Shown piece by piece: positions 1-12,460 of a DNA stretch of 64,000 nt (position 1 is its first letter; each line of letters opens with the position of its first letter). Made by a program: the position numbers and the translations under genes. A model generated the notes under the pieces. The model saw only the letters and a list, made by a program, of their open reading frames with translations, searched no databases and was not told the origin of the DNA. The DNA is from an uncultured Candidatus Rokubacteria bacterium (GTDB lineage: Bacteria; Methylomirabilota; Methylomirabilia; Rokubacteriales; CSP1-6): NCBI GenBank assembly GCA_963771355.1, contig CAVYTA010000001.1, forward strand, positions 32,001 to 96,000, read 5' to 3'.

Positions 1-852
1 GGCGGGGTGGATTCCTTCTACACCGTGGTCAAGAACATCGCGCGCTACCCCGAGAGCGATTCCCGGTCGATCACCCACCTGGTGATGATGCATGGCTTCG
101 ACGTGCGGGCCGAGGACGCCGCGCTCTTCGCGCGCCTCTCCGGTCCCCTCCGGGAAGCCGCGACCGCCCTGGGGAAACGCTTCGTCACCCTCCGGACCAA
201 CCTCCGGGAGCTGTTCGGCGACGACGATTTCGACTTCACCCACGGGGTGGTGCTGGCCGGCGCCGGTCACGCGGTGGCGGGCCTCTTCCACACCCTCTAC
301 ATCGCCTCGTCGTACCCCTACTCGGAGCTCAGGCCGTGGGGCTCGCATCCGAACCTCGACCCGCTCTGGTCGAGCGAGCGGGTCGACTTCGTCCACGACG
401 GATCCGAGCGCTCCCGGCCCGAGAAGATCGGGGTGCTCGCGCGGAGCCCGGTGGCGCTCCGCGGGCTGCGCGTGTGCTGGATGCAGCGGAATGCGTACAA
501 CTGCGGGAAGTGCGAGAAGTGCGTGCGCACCATGCTGGGGCTCGTCGTGCATGGCGTGCTCGATCAGGCCACGGGCTTCCCGTCGCGGCTCGATCCGGAC
601 GAGGTCGCGCGGATCTTCGTGCCCGAGTTCATCCGCATCCGGTGGAAGGAGATCTCCGGTGAGCTCCAGGCCACGGAGCCCGACCTCGCCCGCGCGGCCG
701 CGCGGGCGGTGGCGCGGAGCGAGCGGCTGGATGCCGTGTGGCACGTCCTCTCGCGGCTGGGGCTCACGCGCGAGCGCGCGAAGGCCCTCGACCGCGCCCT
801 GTTCCGGGGGGCGGCGCTCACCGTGTGGCGCCGGCTGACACGGGCCCGGTAG
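1..852 (+). CDS. 5'-truncated PP-loop (adenine nucleotide alpha-hydrolase-like) protein with Cys cluster
   Basis: Frame is open from base 1 (GGVDSFYT, tail of an SGGxDS PP-loop). C-terminal NCGKCEKC motif. Confidence 0.6.
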   Translation, partial: GGVDSFYTVVKNIARYPESDSRSITHLVMMHGFDVRAEDAALFARLSGPLREAATALGKRFVTLRTNLRELFGDDDFDFTHGVVLAGAGHAVAGLFHTLYIASSYPYSELRPWGSHPNLDPLWSSERVDFVHDGSERSRPEKIGVLARSPVALRGLRVCWMQRNAYNCGKCEKCVRTMLGLVVHGVLDQATGFPSRLDPDEVARIFVPEFIRIRWKEISGELQATEPDLARAAARAVARSERLDAVWHVLSRLGLTRERAKALDRALFRGAALTVWRRLTRAR

Positions 853-865
853 CGCCCGCTCGCCG

Positions 866-3253
866 TCACGCCTCCCCCGCCTCGCCGCGCACCCACTCCC
901 ACACTCGCTCCGGCGTGATCGGCAGGGCGCGGATGGTCACGCCGTAAGGCGCCAGCGCATCCTCGACGGCATTGGCCACCGCCGCCGGGCCCGGGATGGC
1001 GCCGCCCTCGCCCACGCCCTTGGCGCCCAGCGGGGTGAACGGGGAGGGATGCTCGAGCCGCTCCACCTCGATCTCGGGCACGTCGGTGGCGGTGGGCTTG
1101 AGGTAGTCGAGGAAGGTGGAGGTGAGGAATTGCCCCTGCGCGTCGTAGCGGAACTCCTCGAGCAGGGCGGCGCCGATCCCGTGCACGGTGGAGCCGTGCA
1201 CCATGCCCTCCACGATGAGGGGATTGAGCTCGCGGCCGCAGTCGTTCACGACGAGGTACTTGAGCACGGTGACCTCGCCGGTGCGCGGGTGCACCTCGAC
1301 CAGGCAGCAGTGCGCGGCGTTGGCGAAGACGAGCTGGGAGCGCAGGCGGCGCTGCGCGTCCACCGGCGTCGCGAGCGGATTCGAGTGCGCGTGGCGGGCC
1401 TCGAGGCCCGGCTCTTCCCCCGGCGGCAGGCCGAGCACGTCGGCGTAGGCGGTGCGCGCGAGCTCGGCGAAGGCGATGCGCCGGTCGGGCGCGCCCGCCA
1501 CCACGGCGGCGCCGTCGCGCAGCACCAGATCGCCGGGGTCGATCTCCAGGCGATGCGCGGCCAGGCGGCGGAGCTTGTCCGCCACGCGGCGGGCGGCGCC
1601 CACGATGGCGCCGGTATCGGTGACGGAGAACTTGTTCGAGTAGTTGCCCGAGAGGTAGAGCCAGGGCGTGGTCGCCGAGTCGAAGCCGCGGGCGACGGCG
1701 ACGTCCGCCGGGGTGAGCCCGAGCTCGTCCGCCACGATCTGGGCGATGACGGTCTCGTAGCCCTGGCCGCTGGACGGGTCGCCGATGGACACGCGGACCT
1801 GGCCGTCCGGCTCCATGCGGACCATGCACGCCTCGGCCGAGCCTGAAACCGTGCGCCGCCCGGTGAGGAGCTCGTAGGAGGCGAGGTTGGTGCCCGCGGG
1901 CTCGATGGAGGTGGCGATGCCGATGCCGAGGAGGCGCCCGTCCTTGCGGGCCTGCGCCTGCCGGGTGCGCCAGCCCGCGTAGTCGAAGCACTCCAGCGCG
2001 CGGCGCAGCGTGGCCGGGTAGTCACCGCTGTCGTACTGCGCGCCGGGGGGCGTGGTGTAGGGCATCTCGTCGGCGGTGACGTAGTTGCGCAGGCGCAGCT
2101 CCGCCGGATCCTGGCCCAGCCGCCGGGCCAGGAGCGCCATGGCGCGCTCGACCGCGAAGCACATGAAGGGCTTGCCGATGCCGCGGTTGGCGCCGCTCGG
2201 GCACTTGGTGGTGAGCACCGACCAGGCCTCGTAGCGGATGGCGGGGATGCGGTAGCCGTTGGCGATATTGCCCAGCTTGATGAGGTTGTGCTGGGTGGGG
2301 GTGAAGAGGTTCTTGCCCTCGTCGGTGACGTCGCGGACGCTCAGCGCCAGGAGCGTGCCGTCGGCCGCGTACGCCAGCGCCACGTCCATCACGCCGTTGG
2401 CGGCATGCATCAGCGCGGTGAGGTTCTCCACGCGATCCTCGATCCACTTCACCGGGCGGCCCGCTCGCCGCGCCAGCAGCGCGCAGAGCACGAGATACGC
2501 CGGCCGGCGCTTGTTGCCGAAGCCGCCGCCGATGTCGGGGCAGGAGAGCCGGATGCGCGACTGCGGGACCCCCAGCGCGGCGGCCAGGATCGAGATCGTC
2601 AGCCCCGGCCGCTGATCGTTGGTCCAGAACTCGAAGCTGTCCGTGCCCCCATCGTAGGCGGCCATGGCGCCGAAGGTCTCGAGCGGCGTCGAGGCATAGC
2701 GCTGGATGGTGAAGCGCTCGCGGAGGACGCCGTGCGCGCGCGCCATCGCGCCGTCCACGTCGCCGTAGGTGAGCGTGTCGTGCCAGACGACATTGGTGCC
2801 GAGCTCCGGATAGAGGAGCGGCGCGCCGGGCTTGAGCGCCTCCTCCGGGTCCACCACCGGCGGCAAGGGCTCGTAGACGACCTCGATGCGCTCGAGCGCG
2901 TCCTCGGCGGTGGCGCGATCCCCCGCCGCCACCGCGGCCACGGGCTCGCCGACATAGCGCGCGCGGTCCACCGCGAGGCAGTAGTCGGACACGGCGGCGG
3001 TGGTGGGGATGAGCGGGCGGATGGGCCCGGAGAGGCGCACGACATCCGCGCCGGTGAGCACGGCGGCCACGCCGGGCAGCGCGGCGGCCCGGCTCGCGTC
3101 GATCGACACGATCCGGGCATGGGCATGCGGGCTCCGCAAGATCGCCGCGTGGAGGAGGCCGGCCGGGCCGAGGTCGTCGATGAAGCGGCCGCGCCCGGCG
3201 ACGAGGCGGACGTCTTCCTTCAGCGGCAGCGGGGCGCCCGACCCAGGGCCCGC

Positions 3254-3257
<4 letters not shown>
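866..3257 (-). CDS. Xanthine dehydrogenase/CoxL-family molybdopterin-binding large subunit (+1 frameshift at about 3231-3234)
   Basis: Repaired N-terminus MSGPWVGRPLPLKEDVRLVAGRGRFIDD joins RSPHAHARI. Motifs GGGFGNK, GQGYET and AKGVGE. ATGA overlap with the upstream 2Fe-2S gene. Confidence 0.88.
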
Positions 3258-3782
<525 letters not shown>

Positions 3783-3996
3783 GACTGAAGCTAATACCAC
3801 GGGAGGCCCTCGCCTGGTGGCCTCGTCTCCTTCCGGCGAGGCGAACCTCGTCGCGGCGGCAACGCGGGTCCGCCATCGAAGCCAGAGCGAAACGCAGGGC
3901 GGTAACCTATGATAGTCGCCTCGGCTTCGACGACCCGACCGGCGCCGCGGCCGTTGAACGAAGCTTGGCCGACTCGACACGCGAGGGGCTGACCCG

Positions 3997-6066
3997 GTGG
4001 GCTATCGGCTCGGGATCGACGTGGGTGGCACCTTCACGGACCTCGTGCTCTACGACGACGTGTCCTCCGCGCTCAGCATCGAGAAGGTGCCGTCGGTGCC
4101 CGCCGATCCGGCCGACGGCATCGTGCAGGGCATCGTTCGGCTCCTCCGCGCCGCGGGCGTGGCGCCCGCCGCGGTGGGCTACGTGGCGCACGGCACGACG
4201 GCGGCCACCAACGCGCTCCTCGAGCGAAAAGGGGCCCGCACCGCCCTCATCACGACCAAGGGGTTTCGCGATCTCCTGGAGATCGCGCGGCAGAAGCGGC
4301 CCGCCCTCTACGACCTCCACGCGCGGAAGCCGGTCCCGCTCGTCCCCCGCCATCGCCGCTACGAGGTGGCCGAACGAGTCATGACGGACGGACGCGTGCG
4401 GACCCCGCTCGACCTCGAGGAGGTCGAGCGGGTGCTGGCGCGGATCGCCGCCGAGCCGTCCGCCGGCGGCCCCGTCGAGGCCCTGGCCATCTGCTTTCTC
4501 TACTCCTTCCTCGCTCCCGACCACGAGCGGCAGGTGCTGGAGCGCGCCCGCGCGCGCTTCCCCTCGCTGGCCATCGTGGCGTCCTACGAGGTGCACCCTG
4601 AGTTCCGCGAGTACGAGCGGCTGAGCACCACCGTCGCCAACGCCTACCTCGCCCCGCGCATGAGCGCCTACGTGCGCGCGTTCCGCCGACGGGTCGAGGA
4701 GCTCGGCATCCCGGCCCTCCCGTACATCAACCAGTCCAACGGCGGGACCATGTCCGTCGAGGAAGCGGCGCGGGTGCCCGTGCGCACCGCGCTGTCCGGG
4801 CCCAGCGCTGGCGTGGCCGGGGCGGCGTGGATCGCGGCCCAGACGGGCTTCGACGCCATCGCCACCTTCGATATGGGCGGCACCAGCACCGACGTCGCCT
4901 TCGTCCACGGCGGGACGCCGGGCCTGGCCTTCGAGCGCGAGATCGGCGGTGTGATGCTGCGGGTGCCGACGCTGGACATCCACACCGTCGGCGCCGGTGG
5001 CGGCTCCATCGCCTGGCGCGACTCCGGCGGCGCCCTCAAGGTGGGCCCCCAGAGCGCGGGCGCCGATCCCGGACCGGCCTGCTACGGGCGCGGCGGCGAG
5101 GCGCCCACCGTCGCCGACGCAAATCTGATATTGGGCCGGCTAGGGCCGACGGGGCTGGCCGGCGGGACGGTCCCTCTCGAGCCGGCGCGGGCTGAGGCCG
5201 CGATCGGCCGGCTAGCGCGCGAGCTCGGCCTGTCACCGCTGGAGGCCGCGCGAGGAGTGGTGCGCGTCGTCAACGCCAACATGGCCAATGCCGTGCGCGT
5301 TGTCACCGTGCAGCGGGGCGTGGACCCGACGGGGCTGACCCTGGTGCCGTTCGGGGGCGCGGGGCCCTTGCACGCCGGCGAGCTCGCTCAGGAGCTCGGC
5401 ATTCCCACTCTCGCGGTCCCACCGGCTCCCGGGCTCCTCTGCGCCCTCGGGCTCCTCGTCGAAGATCTGCGTACGGACGCCGTGCGCACCCATCTGGCGC
5501 TCCTCGAGCCCGACGGCCTCGCGGCGCTGGCCGCCCGGTTCGCGGAAATGGAGCGGGACGCCATGCGCTGGCTCGATCGGGAGTCCGTGCCGGCGGCGCG
5601 GCGGCGCCTCGAGCGCTGGCTCGACCTCCGCTACGTAGGCCAGAACTTCGAGCTGCTGGTGCCCGTGCCCGAGGAGACGTGGCGGGACGGCGATTGCGCC
5701 GCGCTCCGCCGGCGCTTCCTCGAGACGCACGAGCAGGTGTACGGCTTCGCGGCCGAGGACGAACCGGTCCAGGTCGTCAACGTGCGCCTGGTCGCGAGGG
5801 GCCTGGCCGATCCTCCCCGGCTCGCGCGCCTGCCACGTGGCGGGGCCGAGGCGAGCGCCGCCGAGATCGGCCGCCGCGGCGTCTACGTCGACGACGCGCA
5901 GGGCGTGGTTCCTTGTCCGGTGTATGCTCGGGCGCGGCTTCTCGCCGGCCAGCGCCTCGCCGGTCCCGCGGTGGTGGAGCAGTTCGACGCCACCACCTGG
6001 CTCCTCCCGCGCCAGGAGGCGGTGGTGGACGACCTGGGCTTTCTCGTGATCCGGCGGGAGCGATGA
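3997..6066 (+). CDS. hyuA: Hydantoinase/oxoprolinase subunit A
   Basis: GIDVGGTFTD, HGTTAATNA, SGPSAG, DMGGTSTD, GAGGGSIA, GPQSAGADPGPACYG. Confidence 0.92.
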   Translation: MGYRLGIDVGGTFTDLVLYDDVSSALSIEKVPSVPADPADGIVQGIVRLLRAAGVAPAAVGYVAHGTTAATNALLERKGARTALITTKGFRDLLEIARQKRPALYDLHARKPVPLVPRHRRYEVAERVMTDGRVRTPLDLEEVERVLARIAAEPSAGGPVEALAICFLYSFLAPDHERQVLERARARFPSLAIVASYEVHPEFREYERLSTTVANAYLAPRMSAYVRAFRRRVEELGIPALPYINQSNGGTMSVEEAARVPVRTALSGPSAGVAGAAWIAAQTGFDAIATFDMGGTSTDVAFVHGGTPGLAFEREIGGVMLRVPTLDIHTVGAGGGSIAWRDSGGALKVGPQSAGADPGPACYGRGGEAPTVADANLILGRLGPTGLAGGTVPLEPARAEAAIGRLARELGLSPLEAARGVVRVVNANMANAVRVVTVQRGVDPTGLTLVPFGGAGPLHAGELAQELGIPTLAVPPAPGLLCALGLLVEDLRTDAVRTHLALLEPDGLAALAARFAEMERDAMRWLDRESVPAARRRLERWLDLRYVGQNFELLVPVPEETWRDGDCAALRRRFLETHEQVYGFAAEDEPVQVVNVRLVARGLADPPRLARLPRGGAEASAAEIGRRGVYVDDAQGVVPCPVYARARLLAGQRLAGPAVVEQFDATTWLLPRQEAVVDDLGFLVIRRER

Positions 6067-6073
6067 GAGCGCC

Positions 6074-7700
6074 ATGGATCGGGTGACGCTCGAGGTCATC
6101 GGCGCCGCCCTCCTCAGCATCGCCGAGGAGATGGGCACCGCGCTCATCAAGTCCTCCTACTCCACCAACATCAAGGAGCGGCAGGACTGCTCGACCGCTA
6201 TCTTCGACGCCCGCGGCGAGGTCATCGCCCAGGCGGAGCACATCCCGATGCATCTCGGCTCCTTGCTCGGGGTCGTCCAGGAGATCCTCGCGCGCTATCC
6301 GGCCTCGGCCCTGGCGCCAGGCGATGTCTTCATCTCCAACGATCCCTACACCGGGGGCGGCACGCACCTGCCCGGACATCAACCTGATCAGCCCGGTCTT
6401 CGCCGATGGCGTGCTGTTCGGCTTCGTGGCCAACATCGCCCACCACGCCGACCGCAGCGCCGACCGGATCCGGACGATCTGGGACGAGGGGCTCCGGATC
6501 ACGCCGATCCGCCTCGCCGAGGCCGGCCGGATCCGCGAGGACGTGATGGAGCTCCTGCTGGCCAACTTCGCGCTGCCCGACCAGCGGCGGGGCGATTTCC
6601 GGGCCCAGATCGCGGCCAACCGCCTCGGCGAGCGTCGGCTCGCCGAGCTGATCGGCCGCTACGGGGCCCTCACCGTGCGGGCGGCGTGCGAGGCGTCGCT
6701 GGCGTATGGCGAGCGCAAGATCCGCGCCGCCATCACCTCGCTGCCGGACGGGGTCTGGCGATACGCCGACGCCATGGACGACGATGGGGTCACCCCGAAC
6801 CCCATCCCCATCGTGGTCACGATCACCAAGCGGGGCGACGCGCTGGCGCTCGACTTCTCGGGCAGCGGACCGCAGTGCGCGGGCGACATCAACGTCGTGT
6901 ACTTCGCCCTGCTGGCCACCGTGTACTACGCGCTCAAGGCGGTGCTCGATCCCACGATTCCCGCCAACGGGGGCTTCTACCGGGCCATCACGGTGACCGC
7001 CCCCGAGGGAAGCATCGTCAATGCCCGGCCGCCGGCCCCGGTGGCCTGGCGCACCCAGACCTGCCAGCGCATCGCCGACGTGGTGCTGGGGGCCCTCGCC
7101 CAGGTGGTGCCCGAGCGCGTGCCGGCGGCGGGCAACGGGGCCAACTGCGCCATGGTCTTCTCCGGCACCGATCCGAGCACCGGGAAGCTCTACGTCTACC
7201 TCGAGACCCTGGCGGGGGGCGCCGGCGCCACCGAGACCGGCGACGGCCTGGACGCCGTGCAGGTGCACGTCACGAACACGTCGAACCTGCCGGTGGAGGC
7301 GCTGGAATCGGAGTACCCGCTCCTCGTGGCCGAGTACGCCCTCGTCGAGGGCAGCGGGGGCGCCGGCCGGCACCGGGGCGGGCTCGGGCTCCGGCGCACC
7401 ATCGAGGTCCTCGGCCACGAGGCGCGCTTTCTCGGCACAACGGAGCGGGCGCGCCTGGCCCCCTGGGGCCTCTGCGGCGGCCAGCCCGGCGGCCGGGCGC
7501 GCCTCGTGCTCGATCCGGGCGGACCCGACGAGCGCGACCTGCCGCCGAAGGTCTGGGGCTATCCCCTCAAGCCCGGCGATCGCGTGTCGATCGAGACGCC
7601 CGGCGCCGGCGGCTATGGCCCGCCCGAGGAGCGAGCCCTCGAGCAGCGGCAGGAGGACGAGCGCGACGGCATCAGCCGCGGCCGCGACGACACCCCTTGA
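6074..7700 (+). CDS. hyuB: Hydantoinase/oxoprolinase subunit B (+1 frameshift at about 6372)
   Basis: SYSTNIKERQDCS, then NDPYTGGGTHLP joined to DINL, AHHAD, NTSNLPVEALE and TPGAGGYG across two ORFs. Confidence 0.9.
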
Positions 7701-7767
7701 CGTCGGAGATCCGACCGTTACGGGGACGGAGCCTCCGCGGCCGTGGTACTCGTCCGCCTCAGCATGG

Positions 7768-9306
7768 TCAGCTTCCCGCCACGCGGCGGGTGTGGCCAGC
7801 CCAGTAGGGCTCGCGGAGGTCGCGACGCTTGATCTTGCCGACGGGCGTCTTGGGCAGTGGCTCGTCGCGGATCACGACGCGGCCCGGCTTCTTGTAGGAC
7901 CCGAGTTGGTCGATGCAGAGCTGGGCGACCTCCGCCTCGGCCACGCGCGTGCCCGGCTTCGGCACCACGACGGCGCAGGGCGTCTCACCCCAGCGCGGGT
8001 CGGGGATGCCGAAGACCGCCACCTCCATCACCCCGGGGTGGCCGGCGATGGCGTTCTCGAGCTCCATCGGCCAGATATTGAAGCCACCGGAGATGATCAT
8101 GTCGTCGGCGCGGTCCAGCAGGTAGAGGTAGCCGTTCCGGTCGATCATGCCGATGTCGCCGGTGAGCACCCACCCGTCGACCATGCGCTCCTTCGTGCCT
8201 TCCGGGTCGTTCCAGAAGCCGGTCATCTGCCCGTCGGACCGAGCGACGATCTGCCCGGGCTTGCCCAGGGGCACCGGCTGGTTGCGCTCGTCCCAGATCT
8301 CGACGTCGGCGAAGGGCATGACGAGGCCGCAGGACCGCAGGGGGGCGGAGCCCTCCACCTCGGCGAACCATTGCCGCGGCCCCATGAACGACAGCAGCAG
8401 CACCTCGGTCTGGCCGTATCCCTGGTAGATGCGGTCGCCGAAGATCTCGTGCGCGGTGAGCGCGGTCGTGTCCGAGATCGGCGCCGCCGCGATCAGCATG
8501 CACTTGAGCTTCGACCAGTCCCGCGTGCGCACCGTGGGCTCGTGGTTCAGCACGTTGACCACCGTCGGCACCGCAAACAGGTAGGCGATGCCCTCGCGCT
8601 CCATGATCTCGACCACCGCGGCCGGCTCGAACTTGTCCACCATCACGTTGCAGCCACCCCCGAGCCAGATCGGCACGAAGAGGTAGCCGGAGCCGTGGCT
8701 GATCGGGCCCAGGTGCAGGCATTTGTCGCCCGGCTCCACCGGCGGGTAGTGGTAGAACCAGTCGCGGTTGCAGGCCAGCCAGGCCTTGTGGGTGTAGGCG
8801 ACGCCCTTGCTGCGCCCGGTGGTGCCGCCGGTGTGGCGGATGATATAGGGGTCCTCCGGACGGATCCTCAGCATCGGGTCCGCCGGCGACTGCTGGGCGA
8901 GCCAGGCCTCATAGCTCTCGTCGCGCACCAGGACGTGCCGGAGCTCGGGGAGCTGCTGCGTGAAGTCCGCCACGTCCGGCGCGTGGCTGGCGCCGACCAC
9001 CAGCGCCTTGCAGCCGGTGTGCCCGACCATGTGCAGATGCGCTTCACGCGAGTTCCGGGGATAGAGCGGCACGCGCACCAGGTTGGCGATGCCTGCGCCC
9101 AGGAAGAAGTCCGCGGCCTCCTTGGAATTGTCCTCCAGCACCGCGACGCGGTCCCCGGGCTCGAGGCCGAGAGCAATCAGTCCGTTCGCCATGCGACAGC
9201 CGCGCTCCCAGGCCCGGGCGAAGGTCAGCCGGTCCCCGCCGTGCACGACCGCCTCGCGGCCGGCGAAAAACGTCGCGGCACGCCGCATCGCGCTCGTCAC
9301 GTCCAT
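7768..9306 (-). CDS. AMP-binding acyl/aryl-CoA ligase
   Basis: HTGGTTGRSKG, YGQTE, TGDIG, DMIISGGFNI, PKTPVGK. Confidence 0.92.
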   Translation of the reverse strand: MDVTSAMRRAATFFAGREAVVHGGDRLTFARAWERGCRMANGLIALGLEPGDRVAVLEDNSKEAADFFLGAGIANLVRVPLYPRNSREAHLHMVGHTGCKALVVGASHAPDVADFTQQLPELRHVLVRDESYEAWLAQQSPADPMLRIRPEDPYIIRHTGGTTGRSKGVAYTHKAWLACNRDWFYHYPPVEPGDKCLHLGPISHGSGYLFVPIWLGGGCNVMVDKFEPAAVVEIMEREGIAYLFAVPTVVNVLNHEPTVRTRDWSKLKCMLIAAAPISDTTALTAHEIFGDRIYQGYGQTEVLLLSFMGPRQWFAEVEGSAPLRSCGLVMPFADVEIWDERNQPVPLGKPGQIVARSDGQMTGFWNDPEGTKERMVDGWVLTGDIGMIDRNGYLYLLDRADDMIISGGFNIWPMELENAIAGHPGVMEVAVFGIPDPRWGETPCAVVVPKPGTRVAEAEVAQLCIDQLGSYKKPGRVVIRDEPLPKTPVGKIKRRDLREPYWAGHTRRVAGS

Positions 9307-9351
9307 GGCGTCCTCCCCCGGGCTGGCACAGCGACCTCGACGCCGACGGGG

Positions 9352-10671
9352 TCACTTCCCCATCACGAGATTCGGTAACCAGAGGGCGATCCCCGGGAAG
9401 TACAGCAGGAGCCCGATACAGATCGCCATCCCCACCATGAACGGGAGCACCCCGATCCAGAGGTCGAGCATCGTCCCGACCTTCAGCCCGGCTTCTTCGG
9501 ACACCGACTTGCGAATCCCCTGGATGATGTAGAGGTTGAGGCCTTCCGGCGGACTGACGAGGGCCGCCTCCAGCAGGATCACCATGATGATGCCGAACCA
9601 TACCAGGTCGACGTTCATCGACTTCAGGACCGGCACCAGGATCGGCATGGTCGTCACCATCATCGAGAGGGCCTCCATGAAGGTGCCGAGGATCAGGTAG
9701 AAGACCACCAGGACGAGCACGAAGGTGCCCGGCGTGAGATTCCATCCCGACACCAGCTGGGTGAGCTGCGCGGGGACCCCGAGAATCGCCAGCGCGAAGC
9801 TCATGATGAACGCCGAGGTCACGATGAGCATGATCATGGAGGACGCCTGCACCGTCGTCACCATGACCTTCTTCAGCATGGGAACGCTGACCTCGCGGGC
9901 CAGGCCCGCGAGGAACAGACTCGCGACGACCCCGAAGGCCGCGGCTTCCGTGGGCGTGGCGATCCCCAGATAGATCGTGCCCAGTACGATGAACATGAGG
10001 GCGAGGACGGGCAGGAGCGACAGGAGTCCCAGGAAGCGCACCCGCCACGACGGGGCCACCTCGCGCGGCGCCACCGACGGCCAGATCTTCGCGGCCACGG
10101 CGATGATGAGCATGAAGATCCCGGCGAGCATGAACCCGGGGACGAACCCCGCCAGGTACAGCCGGCCGATGGATTCCTCGGCCAGCACGCCGTAGATGAT
10201 CATCGAGATGCTGGGCGGGATGAGGATGTCCAGGGTGCCACCGGCCGCCAGGCTCCCGATCACCAGGCGCTCGTTGTAGTTCCGCGCTCTGAAGGCGGGC
10301 AGGGCGACGGCGCCGACGGTCGCCGCGCAGGCCGCGCTCGAGCCGGAGATGGCCCCGAAGACCGCGCAGAAGGCGATGTTGGAGTGCAGGATTCCGCCCG
10401 GAAGCGGCGCCAGCCAGTGGGAGAGGACCTGATAGAGCCGCTCGGAGAGACGGCTGTAGATCAGGATCTCCCCCATCATCACGAACAGCGGAATGGCCAC
10501 CAGCACGGAGCTGCTGTTCACGTTCCAGGCGATCTGCCCCAGCATGTCCCACAGCGGGCGGTCGGAGAACAGGTACATCAACGCCATGCCGATGAGGCCC
10601 AGGGCACTGGCCACGTGCAGCCCGGCCAGGAACAGCACGATCATGAGCACGGAAGCGATCGTGAGGATCAT
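9352..10671 (-). CDS. dctM: TRAP transporter large permease
   Basis: AIPLFVMMG, GAISGSS, LIPPSI and ATPTEAAA in a polytopic protein. Confidence 0.93.
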   Translation of the reverse strand: MILTIASVLMIVLFLAGLHVASALGLIGMALMYLFSDRPLWDMLGQIAWNVNSSSVLVAIPLFVMMGEILIYSRLSERLYQVLSHWLAPLPGGILHSNIAFCAVFGAISGSSAACAATVGAVALPAFRARNYNERLVIGSLAAGGTLDILIPPSISMIIYGVLAEESIGRLYLAGFVPGFMLAGIFMLIIAVAAKIWPSVAPREVAPSWRVRFLGLLSLLPVLALMFIVLGTIYLGIATPTEAAAFGVVASLFLAGLAREVSVPMLKKVMVTTVQASSMIMLIVTSAFIMSFALAILGVPAQLTQLVSGWNLTPGTFVLVLVVFYLILGTFMEALSMMVTTMPILVPVLKSMNVDLVWFGIIMVILLEAALVSPPEGLNLYIIQGIRKSVSEEAGLKVGTMLDLWIGVLPFMVGMAICIGLLLYFPGIALWLPNLVMGK

Positions 10672-10686
10672 GGGGGAGCGTGCCTC

Positions 10687-11244
10687 CTATCCCTGCGGTC
10701 CGGCGCGGGCCTCCGTGGAGTCCCAGCCCGCGAGGATCGCGATGGCGGTGAACACCGCCGCCAGGGCCAGGAGACTGAACCCCACCCCCAGGATCCCCTG
10801 AGGGATGTAGAGGGGGGTCAGCAGATAGGTGGAAGACCTCATGTCGTTTTCCAGGGAGTCCGCGACCAGGGACCAGATCTTCCACGAGATGAGCGAGGCA
10901 AAGGCGGCCATGAGGACCTGCGCGAGGACGTCCACCGCCCTCCTCACGCGATCGGCCAGGTACGGGAACACGACGTCGACGCGGACGTGCGCGCCGGTTC
11001 GGAGGGCGAAGGCGGATCCCCAGGTCGCGGCGAGGGCCAGCATGTAGCCGCTGATCTCATCGGTCACGCGCGTCGTCGGGAGACCGACATCGCTGCCCCA
11101 TTTCCGGGCCAAAACATCGTAGGTGACGAAGAAGGCGAGCAGGATGTACAGGGCCCCGGCAAGATACCCCGGCCAGGTGAAGACGAGATCCACCGCGCGC
11201 GCGAGGGCCGGCGTTCGTGTCAGTGACGGCCGCGCCTCGTTCAC
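10687..11244 (-). CDS. dctQ: TRAP transporter small permease
   Basis: Four TM segments, DEISGY and HVRVD. Lies between dctP and dctM. Confidence 0.88.
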   Translation of the reverse strand: MNEARPSLTRTPALARAVDLVFTWPGYLAGALYILLAFFVTYDVLARKWGSDVGLPTTRVTDEISGYMLALAATWGSAFALRTGAHVRVDVVFPYLADRVRRAVDVLAQVLMAAFASLISWKIWSLVADSLENDMRSSTYLLTPLYIPQGILGVGFSLLALAAVFTAIAILAGWDSTEARAGPQG

Positions 11245-11253
11245 CGGCGCGAC

Positions 11254-12309
11254 CTACGGGTTGACCGTGAAGCCGACGAGCGGCGCGACGACCTCGTTGA
11301 ACAGGCGCGCGGCCTCGGCGCCACCCGCTCGCTTCACCCAGTCCGGAACCACCTTCGACCGGAGCACGTCCTTGATCGCGGCCTGCGTCTCCGGAGAAAA
11401 CGGGATGTGCTCCATGCCCTTCTCGACGTTCCTGTCGATCCCCTCCTTGTTCCACACGTCGATCGCCTCGAACGCCTTGCCCTCGACGACCTTCTCTGCC
11501 TCTTCCTTCAAGATCTGCTGGATGTCCGGCGGCAGCCGCTTCCAGCTGTTCTTGTTGATGGCGAGGGAGACGTGCGGCCGCATCGAGATGGGACCGACCA
11601 GGTACTTCGAGACCTCGTACCAGCGCAGGCCGAACCCGGGCTTCGTGCCGGTGATCCCCGCGTCGAGCGTGCCGCGCTCGAGGGCCGTGTAGGCCTCCGC
11701 GAACGGGATGGTGAGAGGCTCGCCGCCCAGCCCGGCGACCAGCGAGGCGAGCGCGACGCTGTGCACGCGCGTCTTGAGCCCCTTGAAGTCGGCGGGCTTC
11801 CGCACGGCTCTCTTGCTGAAGAAGGCCTGGTCGGGATACACCGCCATCGCCAGCACCACCGCGTTGGCCTTCTGATCGAGGAGCTTCGTCTCGTGGGGCT
11901 TCCAGGCCATGATCGCCTTCTTGGCGGTCTGCGCGTCGGGGAAGATCCCGGGCAACTCGAGGATCTCGACCATGGGAAGCTCACCGGCCACGTAGCCGCC
12001 GTACACCTCGGCGACGTCCACCACTCCCGTCTTCACGACCCGAATCGTCTCGGCGCCGCCGAGGCCGAGCTCGGGGAGCGATGTCAGCTCGAACTGCACC
12101 CGGCCGTTGGTGCGCTTCTCCACCGCCTGCGCCCACTCCTGGAAGAGCTTCCAGGGATCGAGGGTCCGGTTGATGCCCATCAGCTTCAGCTTGAATTCTG
12201 CCTTGGGCGCCTGCGCCACGACCGGGGCGGGCGTCCACACGCCGGCCAGCAGGACGAGAAGCCCCATGACGCCGAGCAGGAACGCGATCCTCCGCATGGA
12301 CGTGCTCAT
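11254..12309 (-). CDS. dctP: TRAP transporter substrate-binding protein
   Basis: Signal peptide (..PVVAQA). DFKGLKTRV with the conserved Arg, EAYTALERGTLD. Start taken at MSTSMRR. Confidence 0.9.
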   Translation of the reverse strand: MSTSMRRIAFLLGVMGLLVLLAGVWTPAPVVAQAPKAEFKLKLMGINRTLDPWKLFQEWAQAVEKRTNGRVQFELTSLPELGLGGAETIRVVKTGVVDVAEVYGGYVAGELPMVEILELPGIFPDAQTAKKAIMAWKPHETKLLDQKANAVVLAMAVYPDQAFFSKRAVRKPADFKGLKTRVHSVALASLVAGLGGEPLTIPFAEAYTALERGTLDAGITGTKPGFGLRWYEVSKYLVGPISMRPHVSLAINKNSWKRLPPDIQQILKEEAEKVVEGKAFEAIDVWNKEGIDRNVEKGMEHIPFSPETQAAIKDVLRSKVVPDWVKRAGGAEAARLFNEVVAPLVGFTVNP

Positions 12310-12460
12310 AGGACGTGCCCTCCGTCTGGTTGGTCGGATCACTCCACCCGCCCGGCCATCGGCGGTCCGCATACTCTAGACGAGGGCGTTACCCGCCGGC
12401 AAGACCTATCGTGCACATCGCGGAACGAGTGATGACGCCAGTGTATAGAGCGCGCGACCG